DNA of 64,000 bases from Candidatus Melainabacteria bacterium (lineage in GTDB: Bacteria; Cyanobacteriota; Vampirovibrionia; Obscuribacterales; Obscuribacteraceae). Below the pieces are notes generated by a model. The model did no database searches, had not been told where the DNA came from, and was given only the letters and a program-made list of their open reading frames with translations. How positions within the stretch are numbered: the stretch's first letter is position 1; the number at the start of each line of letters is the position of its first letter. Position numbers and translations under genes: made by a program. Positions 38,654 to 47,763 of this stretch are shown piece by piece. Location of the stretch: contig CP064963.1 in the NCBI GenBank assembly GCA_016699165.1, forward strand, positions 2,665,880-2,729,879. Reading direction: 5' to 3'.

Positions 38654-38914
38654 ATGACAGACAACAACGATCTTCCGGTGATCGACTTAACCGGAAAGGC
38701 CCCAGTGACCGCCATGTCTCTGGCCTCAAACACATCTCCGCCGCACTACACTGGCAGCGTGCTCGTCCAGGTCCGGGCCGGCAGCGCCAAGGAAGCGATG
38801 GAGTTCGGGCGGAAGCTCAAGAACTTCAAGCTCGACGAGTCTTACGGTCCCATCGAAATGGGCGGCGGCACCTGGCTGATCAAGGGCACTGCCTCCGGTG
38901 AAGTCACGGACTGA
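38654..38914 (+). CDS. Hypothetical small protein (86 aa)
   Basis: ATG lies 53 nt after the previous stop. An 11-bp hairpin GAGGTTGGGGA...TCCCCAACCTC lies downstream (38954-38984). Confidence 0.55.
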   Translation: MTDNNDLPVIDLTGKAPVTAMSLASNTSPPHYTGSVLVQVRAGSAKEAMEFGRKLKNFKLDESYGPIEMGGGTWLIKGTASGEVTD

Positions 38915-39090
38915 TCTCCAGGTCTGTGTTTTGATCGTTGAGTAATGCTAAAGGAGGTTGGGGATTTTAACAGTCCCCAACCTCTGCGCATTCTAATTGG
39001 CCTCGCCAAAATTGCAGCTTTCAATTGGTGCCATATTTTTTAAGCAGGATGTTACTAAAACCTATAGTATTTTTTTGGGAATGAAGAGAG

Positions 39091-39150
39091 AGAGAGGAGA
39101 AGGGCTGTTTATAAAACAGCCACAACTCCCCTTTCCCCTTACTTGCCTAG
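39091..39150. repeat. Copy 2 of the 60-nt terminator-like palindromic element
   Basis: 52 of 60 identical to 32313-32372. Core GGCTGTTT-ATA-AAACAGCC. Its last 12 nt overlap the stop and final codons of gene 39139-39498. Confidence 0.6.
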
Positions 39151-39498
39151 CTTGAGACCGAGATTGTATCCCAGTCCGCCGCAGGCACCGACTCCTGCCA
39201 TGATAGCGAGGATACTTGCGACCAGTCCCGATTCACGGACCCACACCTGAGGCGGAAGTCCGACTGAGACAAAGATTGCCGCAAGGACCGTCAGGATGAA
39301 CGCAGGCTTCACGAACGACAGCACCAAATTCGGTGCCGAAAAAGCGACGGTGTACATCGCCACCACGCCGAGAAAAACGCCCATGCCGATGGTCTCGATG
39401 GCCCCGGTAGGAATGTGATAGACGGTGCTGTTGGCGACCAGATAGGCAGCCGCAGTGAACACCACGCAAAGAATACTGCCGAGAATTCGACCGTTCAT
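39139..39498 (-). CDS. Four-TM small membrane protein, tandem paralog A (119 aa)
   Basis: AGGAGACAAAA Shine-Dalgarno sequence before ATG 39498. N-terminal NGRILGSILC and C-terminal GACGGLGYNLG boxes shared with B-E. Its ATG overlaps the TGA of B (ATGA). Confidence 0.75.
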   Translation of the reverse strand: MNGRILGSILCVVFTAAAYLVANSTVYHIPTGAIETIGMGVFLGVVAMYTVAFSAPNLVLSFVKPAFILTVLAAIFVSVGLPPQVWVRESGLVASILAIMAGVGACGGLGYNLGLKLGK

Positions 39499-39863
39499 TT
39501 TTGTCTCCTCTTTGTCAGGTTGAAACCAAGATAGAAACCAAGTCCGCCAAGAGAACCAATCAAAGCCACACAAAGCACGATGCTGAACATCTTTGTCCAA
39601 CTGTCATCGAACGCACCTTGCGGTTCGGTCATACCAAAAGCAATCAACATCAAGACCGCAACTGCAAGCGCAGGCTTTGTGATGGAACCTACAAGCGATG
39701 GTTTTGAGAAAGCCACGCTGTAAGTGGCAATCAGTCCAAGTGCAAAGCCGGCTCCAAGGTTTGACCAGTAGAAGGTCGCGCCCGTGAACCAGCTATGCAC
39801 AAGGAAGAACGCGACGGTTGTTACCGTCGCGCAAAGGATGCCGCCTAAAAGACGACCGTTCAC
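39495..39863 (-). CDS. Four-TM small membrane protein, tandem paralog B (122 aa)
   Basis: Clear paralog of A (VNGRLLGGILC..., GSLGGLGFYLG). The only plausible start is GTG 39863, 5 nt after the stop of C. The His/Arg-rich upstream part of track ORF 39495-40259 overlaps C out of frame and is rejected. Confidence 0.65.
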   Translation of the reverse strand: MNGRLLGGILCATVTTVAFFLVHSWFTGATFYWSNLGAGFALGLIATYSVAFSKPSLVGSITKPALAVAVLMLIAFGMTEPQGAFDDSWTKMFSIVLCVALIGSLGGLGFYLGFNLTKRRQK

Positions 39864-39868
39864 CGACT

Positions 39869-40243
39869 TCAGTCGCCGATGAACTTGGCAGCAGCAGGCT
39901 TGGCGGCGAACTTGTAGCTCTGACCGCCGATGGCGCCGGTAGCGACCACCGCGAGCGTGGTGATGATGAAGCGCGAAAGGTCGAGACCGCTCGTGCCGAA
40001 TGCCTGGATCATGACGACCGAGACGACCGTCCACAGCACAGCCATGGTGCCGATGCCGACAGCCAGGGGGGCGCTTCCTTGACGGATGATGGCGATTGCC
40101 GCACCGCAAATGATACCAGCGGCACCACCGACCATGAGAGCGGGAATCGGGCTGATGGTGCCCATTCCCAGAAGACCGCCGACATAGACGGTCAGGATCA
40201 TGGCGACTGCGCAGGCGAGAATTCCCTTGATTTTGCTGGACAT
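39869..40243 (-). CDS. Four-TM small membrane protein, tandem paralog C (124 aa)
   Basis: SKIKGILACAV N-terminus, Gly-zipper-rich helices and C-terminal ATGAIGGQSYKF. Confidence 0.7.
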   Translation of the reverse strand: MSSKIKGILACAVAMILTVYVGGLLGMGTISPIPALMVGGAAGIICGAAIAIIRQGSAPLAVGIGTMAVLWTVVSVVMIQAFGTSGLDLSRFIITTLAVVATGAIGGQSYKFAAKPAAAKFIGD

Positions 40244-40382
40244 TACTTTTCTCCTTCATGTTTTGGAGTTTAGCTTCGTGCGTTTTGAAGAGATGAATGG
40301 CAGTGAGAGAGGAAAAGAAAAGCGCGACTCAAATCTGTCTTAAGCCGCGGTTGTCGTTCCCTTCTCTCCGTCTTGCAAATTC

Positions 40383-40751
40383 TCAGTCCAGATGCGTCGA
40401 GTATCTGAGCTTGCCAGAACCCCAGCCGTAACCCAATCCCGAAATGGCACCATGAATGATGGCAGCGAGAATGGGTGCGAAAATCACGTACGCACCAACC
40501 AGGACGACACCCTGGAAGTAAACAACGTAGATCACTTCTGCCAGCCACAAGAGCATGGCCGTTACGATTCCGGTGCTTACCGGATTTTCATCGAGGACGG
40601 CACACATAATGCCGATCGCCAGTCCGGCGACGCCGCCGCCCAGGGCAGAGCCGAGCACATCGGTCGAACCCGTCATGACAAACTGAATGACGGTAGAGGC
40701 AACAGCAGCGAAGATGACGCAAAGGACGATACCATAGAGTTTCTTCAACAT
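40383..40751 (-). CDS. Four-TM small membrane protein, tandem paralog D (122 aa)
   Basis: GAAGGAGACAAGCT Shine-Dalgarno sequence before ATG 40751. LKKLYGIVLC N-terminus and HGAISGLGYGWG C-terminal box. Confidence 0.75.
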   Translation of the reverse strand: MLKKLYGIVLCVIFAAVASTVIQFVMTGSTDVLGSALGGGVAGLAIGIMCAVLDENPVSTGIVTAMLLWLAEVIYVVYFQGVVLVGAYVIFAPILAAIIHGAISGLGYGWGSGKLRYSTHLD

Positions 40752-40788
40752 AGCTTGTCTCCTTCTGTTTTGGGTGTGTGGTGACAGG

Positions 40789-41139
40789 TTAGACGCGGGC
40801 GCCCAGCTTGTAGCCGAAACCAGAGGCAGCACCGATGGCAGACATCACAGCAGCGATCCACACCAGTTCGAGTGAGATAGCGGGCGCTTGAGCGACGCCG
40901 ATGTAGACGAAGAAGGCTCCCAGCCCAAGGCAGGTGAACATGGTCACCATCACACCCATGAAGATGGGATTGACGAATTTGAACACGGCACAGCCGATGC
41001 CGATGATGAGCCCGCTTACAGCACTGACAGTGACAACAGCGGGGTAGTTGGCGGTGGTGCCCAGAGCGATGAAATTGCAGATCACCCAGGCGGCGGTGCA
41101 GACGGCGGCAGAGGCGAGGATTCCGATGAGCTTGTTCAT
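40789..41139 (-). CDS. Four-TM small membrane protein, tandem paralog E (116 aa)
   Basis: GAAAGGAAT Shine-Dalgarno sequence before ATG 41139. MNKLIGILASAAVC N-terminus and GAASGFGYKLG C-terminal box. Confidence 0.75.
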   Translation of the reverse strand: MNKLIGILASAAVCTAAWVICNFIALGTTANYPAVVTVSAVSGLIIGIGCAVFKFVNPIFMGVMVTMFTCLGLGAFFVYIGVAQAPAISLELVWIAAVMSAIGAASGFGYKLGARV

Positions 41140-41228
41140 GTGTTGATTCCTTTCATTTGGATGTGCGAGGCAGACAACCTCAAGCGTTCGCACTTGCGCT
41201 TTTGGTCTCATTCCAAAATCGAGAAAAA

Positions 41229-41801
41229 CTAGCGCTCGAAAGCGCTCTTGTAGGCGGCTCTTGCAGTGTGGTCGTAAACGGCACTCAAGAGAAAGGCGCA
41301 GACGCAACCGTAGAGGCACTGCTGCAAGTCGGCTGCCGGAGCTAGCTTAAGTGCAGCGAGCACCGGCTGAAAGATAAAGCCTGCGCACATGGCTGAGAAC
41401 ATTTGCGCTGGAGATTCGCTTTTCACCGCAGAGACCATGAAGATGGTCGCTGACATGAACGCCGAATAGAAGGCTGCCTGCAGAAGCCCTTCCTTCCAGG
41501 TCGGCGCAAAGAGCGGCGCTCCAAGCAAGAGGCTGATGGCGGCATAAGCGCCGGCACCAATGGCGGTGAACCAGGCCATTCCCAACCATGGATGGCGTCC
41601 GGCGAAGAGGGCAGGCAGAAGCTCGATCCAGACCGAAGTCCAGAGACCGAAAGCTCCGCCGACCAGTGCCCAGACGAACACAGGCGAGAGATCGAAGGTC
41701 TTGTACAGCATGAGCTGAATCAAGACGTATCCAACCGGAGCAAGGACTGCCGACCAGATGATGCTTACCAGAGTGACTCGCCCAATCATCGAGAGCGTCA
41801 T
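41229..41801 (-). CDS. Multi-pass membrane protein F (190 aa), function unknown
   Basis: About six hydrophobic helices. Same strand and composition as the array and the GH15 gene. Confidence 0.65.
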   Translation of the reverse strand: MTLSMIGRVTLVSIIWSAVLAPVGYVLIQLMLYKTFDLSPVFVWALVGGAFGLWTSVWIELLPALFAGRHPWLGMAWFTAIGAGAYAAISLLLGAPLFAPTWKEGLLQAAFYSAFMSATIFMVSAVKSESPAQMFSAMCAGFIFQPVLAALKLAPAADLQQCLYGCVCAFLLSAVYDHTARAAYKSAFER

Positions 41802-41887
41802 TAGAACACCTCATGAGTTACGTTGTTGATGGATAGCGAACGGGCAGCCGAATTTCTTCGACTTCCCGCTCCCCACTTAGAGTCGAA

Positions 41888-43276
41888 TCAGGCTGCGGCT
41901 CGCGAAGGAGCCGACGCCAGATCTTTGTGCTTCTGCGCGACAAGACTGTTGTGCATCTGCACCACAGATAGTGCCAGCATGGACTGTGCCCATGCAAGCG
42001 GTTCGTTGGCATCGGGCACCCATTCGCCGGTCTTCTGGTCGATGATCCAGGCTTCCGGAATCATCCAGCGCTTGGAGACAGAGGCAAGCGCGCGGTTGAA
42101 GTGCATGACCTGCTTGTCGTAGTACCGGGTTTCGCCGGTGCGCTGGAAAAGCTCGCCATAGATGTACGACATCTGCGGCGAACCGTGACACCACTGCGCT
42201 TCGCTGCCACGCGGGAACTGGCGATTGATGCGCCCATCCCACGTGTCCCACTCGTAGCGAGCGATGCCGATGGGAGCCATCAACACGCGCTCGATGTTCT
42301 CGAGGATAGCGACTGTGTTTGCGTCGTCCAGAATGGGACGACCACAAAACGCCGCCAGCAGAATCGGGTTGATCTGAGCGAGATCGACCTGGCGTTCACC
42401 GCCGCCGTCTGCACGGATGAATTCCCGAGTGCCGAGCTCACGCAGCCGCTCTTCGCACTTCTGCGCCATCTCCAAAACGCCTTTGGCTTCGTGGAGATAG
42501 GTGTTGCCATTGCGCGTAGTGCGCATCGGCCCATGCTTGAGCATGAAGTCGTACTGCTCGCGGAAGCTGATAAGTGCACACGCGATGCTCGACCAGTGCT
42601 CTGCCACGCGATCCTCCCAGGCGCCCAGGTCGAAGTCGGCCCAGACGTTGATTTTCCAGAAGTAGGCGTGGAGCAGAGTGGCGAAATCGGTCAGTTGCGC
42701 CGGGTGCTCACCGTCGGAAAGCTTCATCCTGCCAGTATTCAAAGCATGGAACAGGAGGAAGTTGATGAAGGACAGTGAATCGTTCTGACCGTGTCCCCAC
42801 GGGTCGCCGACTTCGTGGAGCGAAATCGGATTGTAGCGGATATGAGGACGATGGAAGTAGTCCTTGGGATAGCCGCTGTGACCTTCGTGGATAATGTCGA
42901 GGAAGCGATGCTCACCCTTCTGGTGATGGATGACGCTTGCAAGCAAGCCACGCTTCCACTGATCGCCGGGCAAGTTCAGACCGGCATTCAGATCGGGATT
43001 CTCGGCGAACGACAACTCAGCCAAACACTGCATGATGTTGTCGCGATCCCAGTGGAACACGAGCAGCCCGTCGACAGCGTTTTCGAGAGTATGCTCGAGA
43101 TCGAGCACGCTCACTGCCGAATGACCGCCGCTCTTATATCGTCGCACTTTGATTGTGTTGTTGGCGATGAGGGCCTTGCGCACGCAATCGAGGTCGGCGA
43201 GGGAATAAGCCGGACGAATCAGTTTGCCCAGCTCAGCGTTCTGCGCCGTTGAGGCGCTGGAGCTTGTAACACTCAT
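41888..43276 (-). CDS. GH15-like glycoside hydrolase (glucoamylase/glucodextranase-type (alpha/alpha)6 barrel)
   Basis: DPWGHGQNDSLSF, DLGAWEDRV (acid-catalyst WE box) and EPLAWAQSM boxes resemble GH15 signatures. No signal peptide. Confidence 0.7.
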   Translation of the reverse strand: MSVTSSSASTAQNAELGKLIRPAYSLADLDCVRKALIANNTIKVRRYKSGGHSAVSVLDLEHTLENAVDGLLVFHWDRDNIMQCLAELSFAENPDLNAGLNLPGDQWKRGLLASVIHHQKGEHRFLDIIHEGHSGYPKDYFHRPHIRYNPISLHEVGDPWGHGQNDSLSFINFLLFHALNTGRMKLSDGEHPAQLTDFATLLHAYFWKINVWADFDLGAWEDRVAEHWSSIACALISFREQYDFMLKHGPMRTTRNGNTYLHEAKGVLEMAQKCEERLRELGTREFIRADGGGERQVDLAQINPILLAAFCGRPILDDANTVAILENIERVLMAPIGIARYEWDTWDGRINRQFPRGSEAQWCHGSPQMSYIYGELFQRTGETRYYDKQVMHFNRALASVSKRWMIPEAWIIDQKTGEWVPDANEPLAWAQSMLALSVVQMHNSLVAQKHKDLASAPSRAAA

Positions 43277-43389
43277 CTTAGTGTCCTTTCGTGATGGAGT
43301 TAAGTGTTGGGTTGCATTAGCGAATGGTTAGAACGACACGCGAACCAGCTTTTATACTGAATTCACGCGCGGTTACTCCGAGTTGAATC

Positions 43390-44586
43390 TCAACGTTCGC
43401 TTGGCGCGTACTCCACCACCTGCGGTGGCAGGTAATCGAACTGGTGGATTTTGAGCCAGGTGGGGTTGAGCACCACTGGTAGTGCGACCTTATCGGTCGG
43501 CGCGTATACTATCTCGCCAATGACAGTGCCTCGTGGATCGCGATGAACTCGCTTAGCCAGAAAACCATCTTCACGCACGTGGAAGATGTAGTCGGCGCCT
43601 TTGAAACCGTTGCCATCCAGGTATTGAGTAACCTGTTTGAGCTTGCCGGTTTTCTCGTCAAACTCGGCTTTGAAAATGGCTGCACCATTGACATAGGCGG
43701 TCGTGTGGAAAAGCATCGCCGACTTGTCGGCGGTTGCCGGCATCCAGCGCTGCTCAAGGTGAGTCGGGCTTGTTTCTTTGCCCAGAACCGAGTACCAGGG
43801 CGAGGTGCCGATTGCACCGAATACCTGATGTTCTTCTTCCATTTTGCCATCGGCGTCAAAGAGCTTGATGGTGGTGCCATCCGAGTTCTGCTCGACGAAG
43901 ACCCTGCTTTTCACCCCGTCAGGGTAATACCAGAACTCTTTGTACATCCGCTGTTGATGCACATGTCGGGCGGTGACTCGCCGGTCGGGACCGTACTTAA
44001 TCCGCTCGAAACCGTCCTTGATCCGACGGAAAGTCTCAACCAGAGCCATGTCCGCACCAAACTCGTCGGACAGAATTTTGCTCCACTTGGTGGTCTTGCT
44101 CAGGTTGCGATCGAACGATTCGAACTTCTTGAGCAAGCCGTCGGTCCCTGGATGATAAGTCCAGCGATGAGACAGCTCAGGCGTGACCATCGTGGTGCGA
44201 CGCAGAACCTCGCCTTGAAGCGAATATTCGACGTCGCTCAAATAGTCGGCGCCGGTCGCATCGAAAAGAGCATGACGAATCAGAACTCGTGTGCCGTCGA
44301 CTGGCTTCGAGAACGTCTTCGCTTCAGACAAAATGCCGTTTGGACTGAACCAGAAATTCTGGTTTGTACCGTCCGGCAAATCGACAGAAGCGAACTTCTT
44401 GGTGATGCGATCAGCCTGTAGTTCAACTTGACGAAACTCTTCTCCTTTTGGAACGCGAATCTTGTTGTCGAAGTTCAATTGCCATGTCTTGAAAGACTGG
44501 GCAGTTAAACTCGGCTGCGGCACGCAAACGAAAGCTGCAGCTGCGACACACGCGAATAAAGCGATCCACAAGAGCATCCGTTTCAT
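43390..44586 (-). CDS. Secreted repeat protein, paralog family P (member 5 of 5)
   Basis: Signal MKRMLLWIALFACVAAAAFV, FDNKIRVP motif, and DG-containing repeat units (FWYYPDGVKSRVFVEQNSDGTTIKLFDADGK). Confidence 0.8.
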   Translation of the reverse strand: MKRMLLWIALFACVAAAAFVCVPQPSLTAQSFKTWQLNFDNKIRVPKGEEFRQVELQADRITKKFASVDLPDGTNQNFWFSPNGILSEAKTFSKPVDGTRVLIRHALFDATGADYLSDVEYSLQGEVLRRTTMVTPELSHRWTYHPGTDGLLKKFESFDRNLSKTTKWSKILSDEFGADMALVETFRRIKDGFERIKYGPDRRVTARHVHQQRMYKEFWYYPDGVKSRVFVEQNSDGTTIKLFDADGKMEEEHQVFGAIGTSPWYSVLGKETSPTHLEQRWMPATADKSAMLFHTTAYVNGAAIFKAEFDEKTGKLKQVTQYLDGNGFKGADYIFHVREDGFLAKRVHRDPRGTVIGEIVYAPTDKVALPVVLNPTWLKIHQFDYLPPQVVEYAPSER

Positions 44587-44944
44587 GGGATTCTCCCTTA
44601 GTTAGGGGTGGTTGGTGTATGGGTGAGAAGTTGATGGTAAGTGTGCATCATGCGCAAAACGCGCGCGAAATGAAAACTGTGAATTGGGTTCTAATCGGTT
44701 ACTGGAAGAATTTACCGGAAAATATAAATGAGAAAGACAATGTCCCGAACCTACAAAAAGCTCATGACAACCTACAAGCTAAATAAATCTCATAGGAAAC
44801 TCTTTGTTTAAGCCAATCTAAACTATTGTCAAGGTGAAAGCCTATTAATATAGGCGAATCCTACTATAACACTTCGTACAATAACGGCCAAAACAAAGGC
44901 AATGGGAGGAGAGAATAATCTCCAACCCATTCCTTTGCCTCAAA

Positions 44945-46183
44945 TCACGCCCAGGCGCGGAACTTCATCAAGTAGAAGTAGACCAGCGTGAAGAGCAACA
45001 CAGCCACTCCACTAACGCAAAGCGTGATGGTGAGCCCGAATTGACTAGCCATTCCACCTGCCATCAAACCGGCAAGCGGTCCTACGCCAAGCATTGACAC
45101 CGAGAAAGCGCCCATGATGCGACCGCGCGCACCAGGTGAGACTGCTAGCTGAACGGCCGACTGACCGCAATTCAACTGAACCGCACCCGCCGCGCCAGCC
45201 AGATACGCTCCTAAAAGCGAGACAGCAAGCGAGGACGACATAGCCAGAATCAAGACTGCCACTGAAAGTACAAGACAGGCATAGCCGATTCCATAGCGCA
45301 AGCGCTTAGGGTCGACACCGGCCACAAGAAGCGATCCCGAGAGGGCTCCAATACCACCGGCACAAGCCATGAAGCCCATCGTGGTCGCGCTCCCGTGCAG
45401 GAACTTGTCCACTATGACCGGCATGAGCACGTTGTACTGAGTACCAAATATGGTGACAATTGCCATCATACCAAGCGACGAGGCGATACGTGGATCTTTG
45501 AGGAAGGTGAGCAGATTCTGCCCATCTCCACCATTCTTCTTGCGCTCGATTATTGCCTGCGGGTCACTTTCGCTGCGTGTGCGAATCATGTGCAGAGTAA
45601 TAAGCGGAGCCAGAAAACTGACTGCGTTCAAAGCAAAACACACTCCTTCACCCCACAGGACAATCACTAATCCAGCCAAGGCGGGGCCTAGCATTCGGCA
45701 GGTGTTCCAAATGGCGGAAGAGAGCGCAAGGGCGTTTGTGAGACGCTCGGGTTCGACCAGATCTGGTGCAAACGACTGTCTTGCAGGAAACGAAACGGCA
45801 GTGATGGTGCCGCCAATGAAAGCTAGCACGAGCAAGCTCGTCATATCGATGTTACCGGTGAGAGTCATCACCGCAAGCACGCCTGACTGGAACATAGCCA
45901 GAGCCTGACAGGCGATAAGAATCTTGCGCCGGTTGAATCTATCCGCCAGAATTCCTCCAGGGTAGCTGAAGAGCAGCATGGGGAGCGTGTTGGCGAATGT
46001 CGCCATTCCCAAGGCCGCTGGCGAGTCTGTGAGCTTGTACACAAGCCACGGAAGAGCAATCATCTGCATCCATGTGCCGATGATCGAGATAACTTGGCCG
46101 ATGGCATAAACACGGAAATTCCGGTTATCCATCGACTGGAAAGTATTCTTCAGCCACTGATGGGCTTTTTGATTCCAGGTCAT
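44945..46183 (-). CDS. MFS transporter (EntS/MFS_3 'transmembrane secretion effector' type)
   Basis: RNFRVYAIGQVISIIGTWMQMIALPWLV...GGILADRFNRRKILI and about 12 TM. ATG 46183 preferred over the track start at 46270. Confidence 0.85.
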   Translation of the reverse strand: MTWNQKAHQWLKNTFQSMDNRNFRVYAIGQVISIIGTWMQMIALPWLVYKLTDSPAALGMATFANTLPMLLFSYPGGILADRFNRRKILIACQALAMFQSGVLAVMTLTGNIDMTSLLVLAFIGGTITAVSFPARQSFAPDLVEPERLTNALALSSAIWNTCRMLGPALAGLVIVLWGEGVCFALNAVSFLAPLITLHMIRTRSESDPQAIIERKKNGGDGQNLLTFLKDPRIASSLGMMAIVTIFGTQYNVLMPVIVDKFLHGSATTMGFMACAGGIGALSGSLLVAGVDPKRLRYGIGYACLVLSVAVLILAMSSSLAVSLLGAYLAGAAGAVQLNCGQSAVQLAVSPGARGRIMGAFSVSMLGVGPLAGLMAGGMASQFGLTITLCVSGVAVLLFTLVYFYLMKFRAWA

Positions 46184-46306
46184 GATTTCGCCTCTTGCAA
46201 AAGAGTGAGTTTGGTGTGATTTAGAAAGTGCGAAAAACGGCATCAGGGCTGGATGCCCCGATGCCGCCATTACTTCAGCTAGCGATTGCTAACGCGCTTT
46301 CGTTGC

Positions 46307-46666
46307 TCAGTTCGAGCTTGAGCGGTTGAGAGTGTTGTGCAGAACGGCGTTGCCGATCCAGAAGAGGATGCCGGCAAGAAACGCCGCGCCGAACGAAGAA
46401 ACGCTCAGATACTGCGGGAAAAGCCAGCCCATCGCTTGGATGCTGAGCGCAGGGAAAAGCAGATAAGCGAAGATGCCCAGTCCCAGAGTGCCGATGGTGA
46501 AGATCGCCAGACCCAGGTTGACGAGGTATACGACGAGTCCGAAGAGGAGACCGGCGACCACACCTTCTGGCCAGAACGAGCCGTGGAAGGTGATGCCGCT
46601 GACGACTGGGAGAAGGAAGACGAAGAGGAACGCGTTTACGAGAACGCGCATGATGAGGCTTTGCAT
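46307..46666 (-). CDS. DUF360 / phage-holin-4_2-family four-TM membrane protein
   Basis: 119 aa. Layout LVNAFLFVFLLPVVSGITFHGSFWPEGVVAGLLFGLVVYLVN...LFWIGNAVL is typical of DUF360. Confidence 0.65.
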   Translation of the reverse strand: MQSLIMRVLVNAFLFVFLLPVVSGITFHGSFWPEGVVAGLLFGLVVYLVNLGLAIFTIGTLGLGIFAYLLFPALSIQAMGWLFPQYLSVSSFGAAFLAGILFWIGNAVLHNTLNRSSSN

Positions 46667-47243
46667 GTTAATGCATTCCTTGTGTTTGGTTGATTTGATT
46701 TGAAGTTAGAAGCTGTGCAAAGAGATTAGAAACACCAAAAGAGTTGGCGAGAAAAGAAAAGACTCTGAGACTTTCAAATATTTGACCCACTTGATTCAAG
46801 AGTGTTGAAGAAGTGAGAGCGGGTAGAAGAGTGTATTAGTAATATTATTACTAGATACTCATGATTTAAGCACCTAGCGCAGCTGCATGAGCCACTTTTG
46901 AGACAGCAAGATTAGAGTCGCTTAAGAATCAAAAAGATGCGTCTAAATCACCCTTTAAGTACCCCACAAAGCCAATTTCTGGTATCATATATAGTGTCAT
47001 TGATTACAATTCAGACTTTAAAGCACTATAAAATGTGAACTCATGTTTATATAAGCGCAGTTTTATTAGGGGACTCAAAAGCTTTTCCATAGGGTGAAGT
47101 TATCACTTGTTTTACTTTCTTTTAGCCTCTACCTGAACCCAACCAACCCTAAATTCTCTATCTCTTGCAGTTTTTTTTCGCAGTCACAACGCTGCGTAGA
47201 GCTGCACCCTCATCATCAACCTCCAAACGAAATGGAGTAATGC

Positions 47244-47720
47244 ATGACTGGTAACAATGGGACTGGAACCAAAGGTCGAGATCGTTCTCACTTGAGAGTT
47301 GTGCCTGCAGCAGGTCTTCCGGCACCGGAAACCACTTTGCCGCAGACCAACACTGGCTACTCTGCATGGGATCCCAATCGTACTCCTCCGTCGTCAAAGC
47401 TGGTCGAAATCGTTCGCGAACTGATCGCAAACGGTATCGTGCGAGTCAACACCGGCAAATCTCGCGAGGAGCGCTTCAAGTTCACCTGCTCCAAAACAGG
47501 CGAATTCGGCTGGATCATCGTCACTCGCTTCGATGCAAATCACATCATGGTGAGATCCAACGATGGACAGATGGACATCGGCAAACCGCCAAGCTTTCAT
47601 CGTACTGGCAAACGCGAACAGGCGCATGGCTTCATCATCGACGTCATGGCGCATCTTTGCCAGTTCATCGGCAACTACCAGCAAATCAAAATCTCGCACG
47701 AGCTCGACTTGGACACGTAG
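47244..47720 (+). CDS. Hypothetical protein (158 aa)
   Basis: GGAG Shine-Dalgarno sequence before the ATG. First gene of a three-gene + strand operon. Confidence 0.6.
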   Translation: MTGNNGTGTKGRDRSHLRVVPAAGLPAPETTLPQTNTGYSAWDPNRTPPSSKLVEIVRELIANGIVRVNTGKSREERFKFTCSKTGEFGWIIVTRFDANHIMVRSNDGQMDIGKPPSFHRTGKREQAHGFIIDVMAHLCQFIGNYQQIKISHELDLDT

Positions 47721-47763
47721 CGGGATTCGCTCTCAATCGTCAACTGCAACATCGGAAAAAGAT

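Noticed and set aside
39864-40259. His/Arg/Cys-rich N-terminal half of track ORF 39495-40259
   Set aside because: It overlaps paralog C (39869-40243) in another frame. Only the part from GTG 39863 onward is homologous to paralog A, so the upstream extension is a frame artefact.
42101-44421. Long + strand ORFs (42101-42778, 42791-43252, 43543-44421)
   Set aside because: They are antisense shadows of the GH15-like and P-family genes in G+C-rich DNA. No motifs and no ribosome-binding sites.
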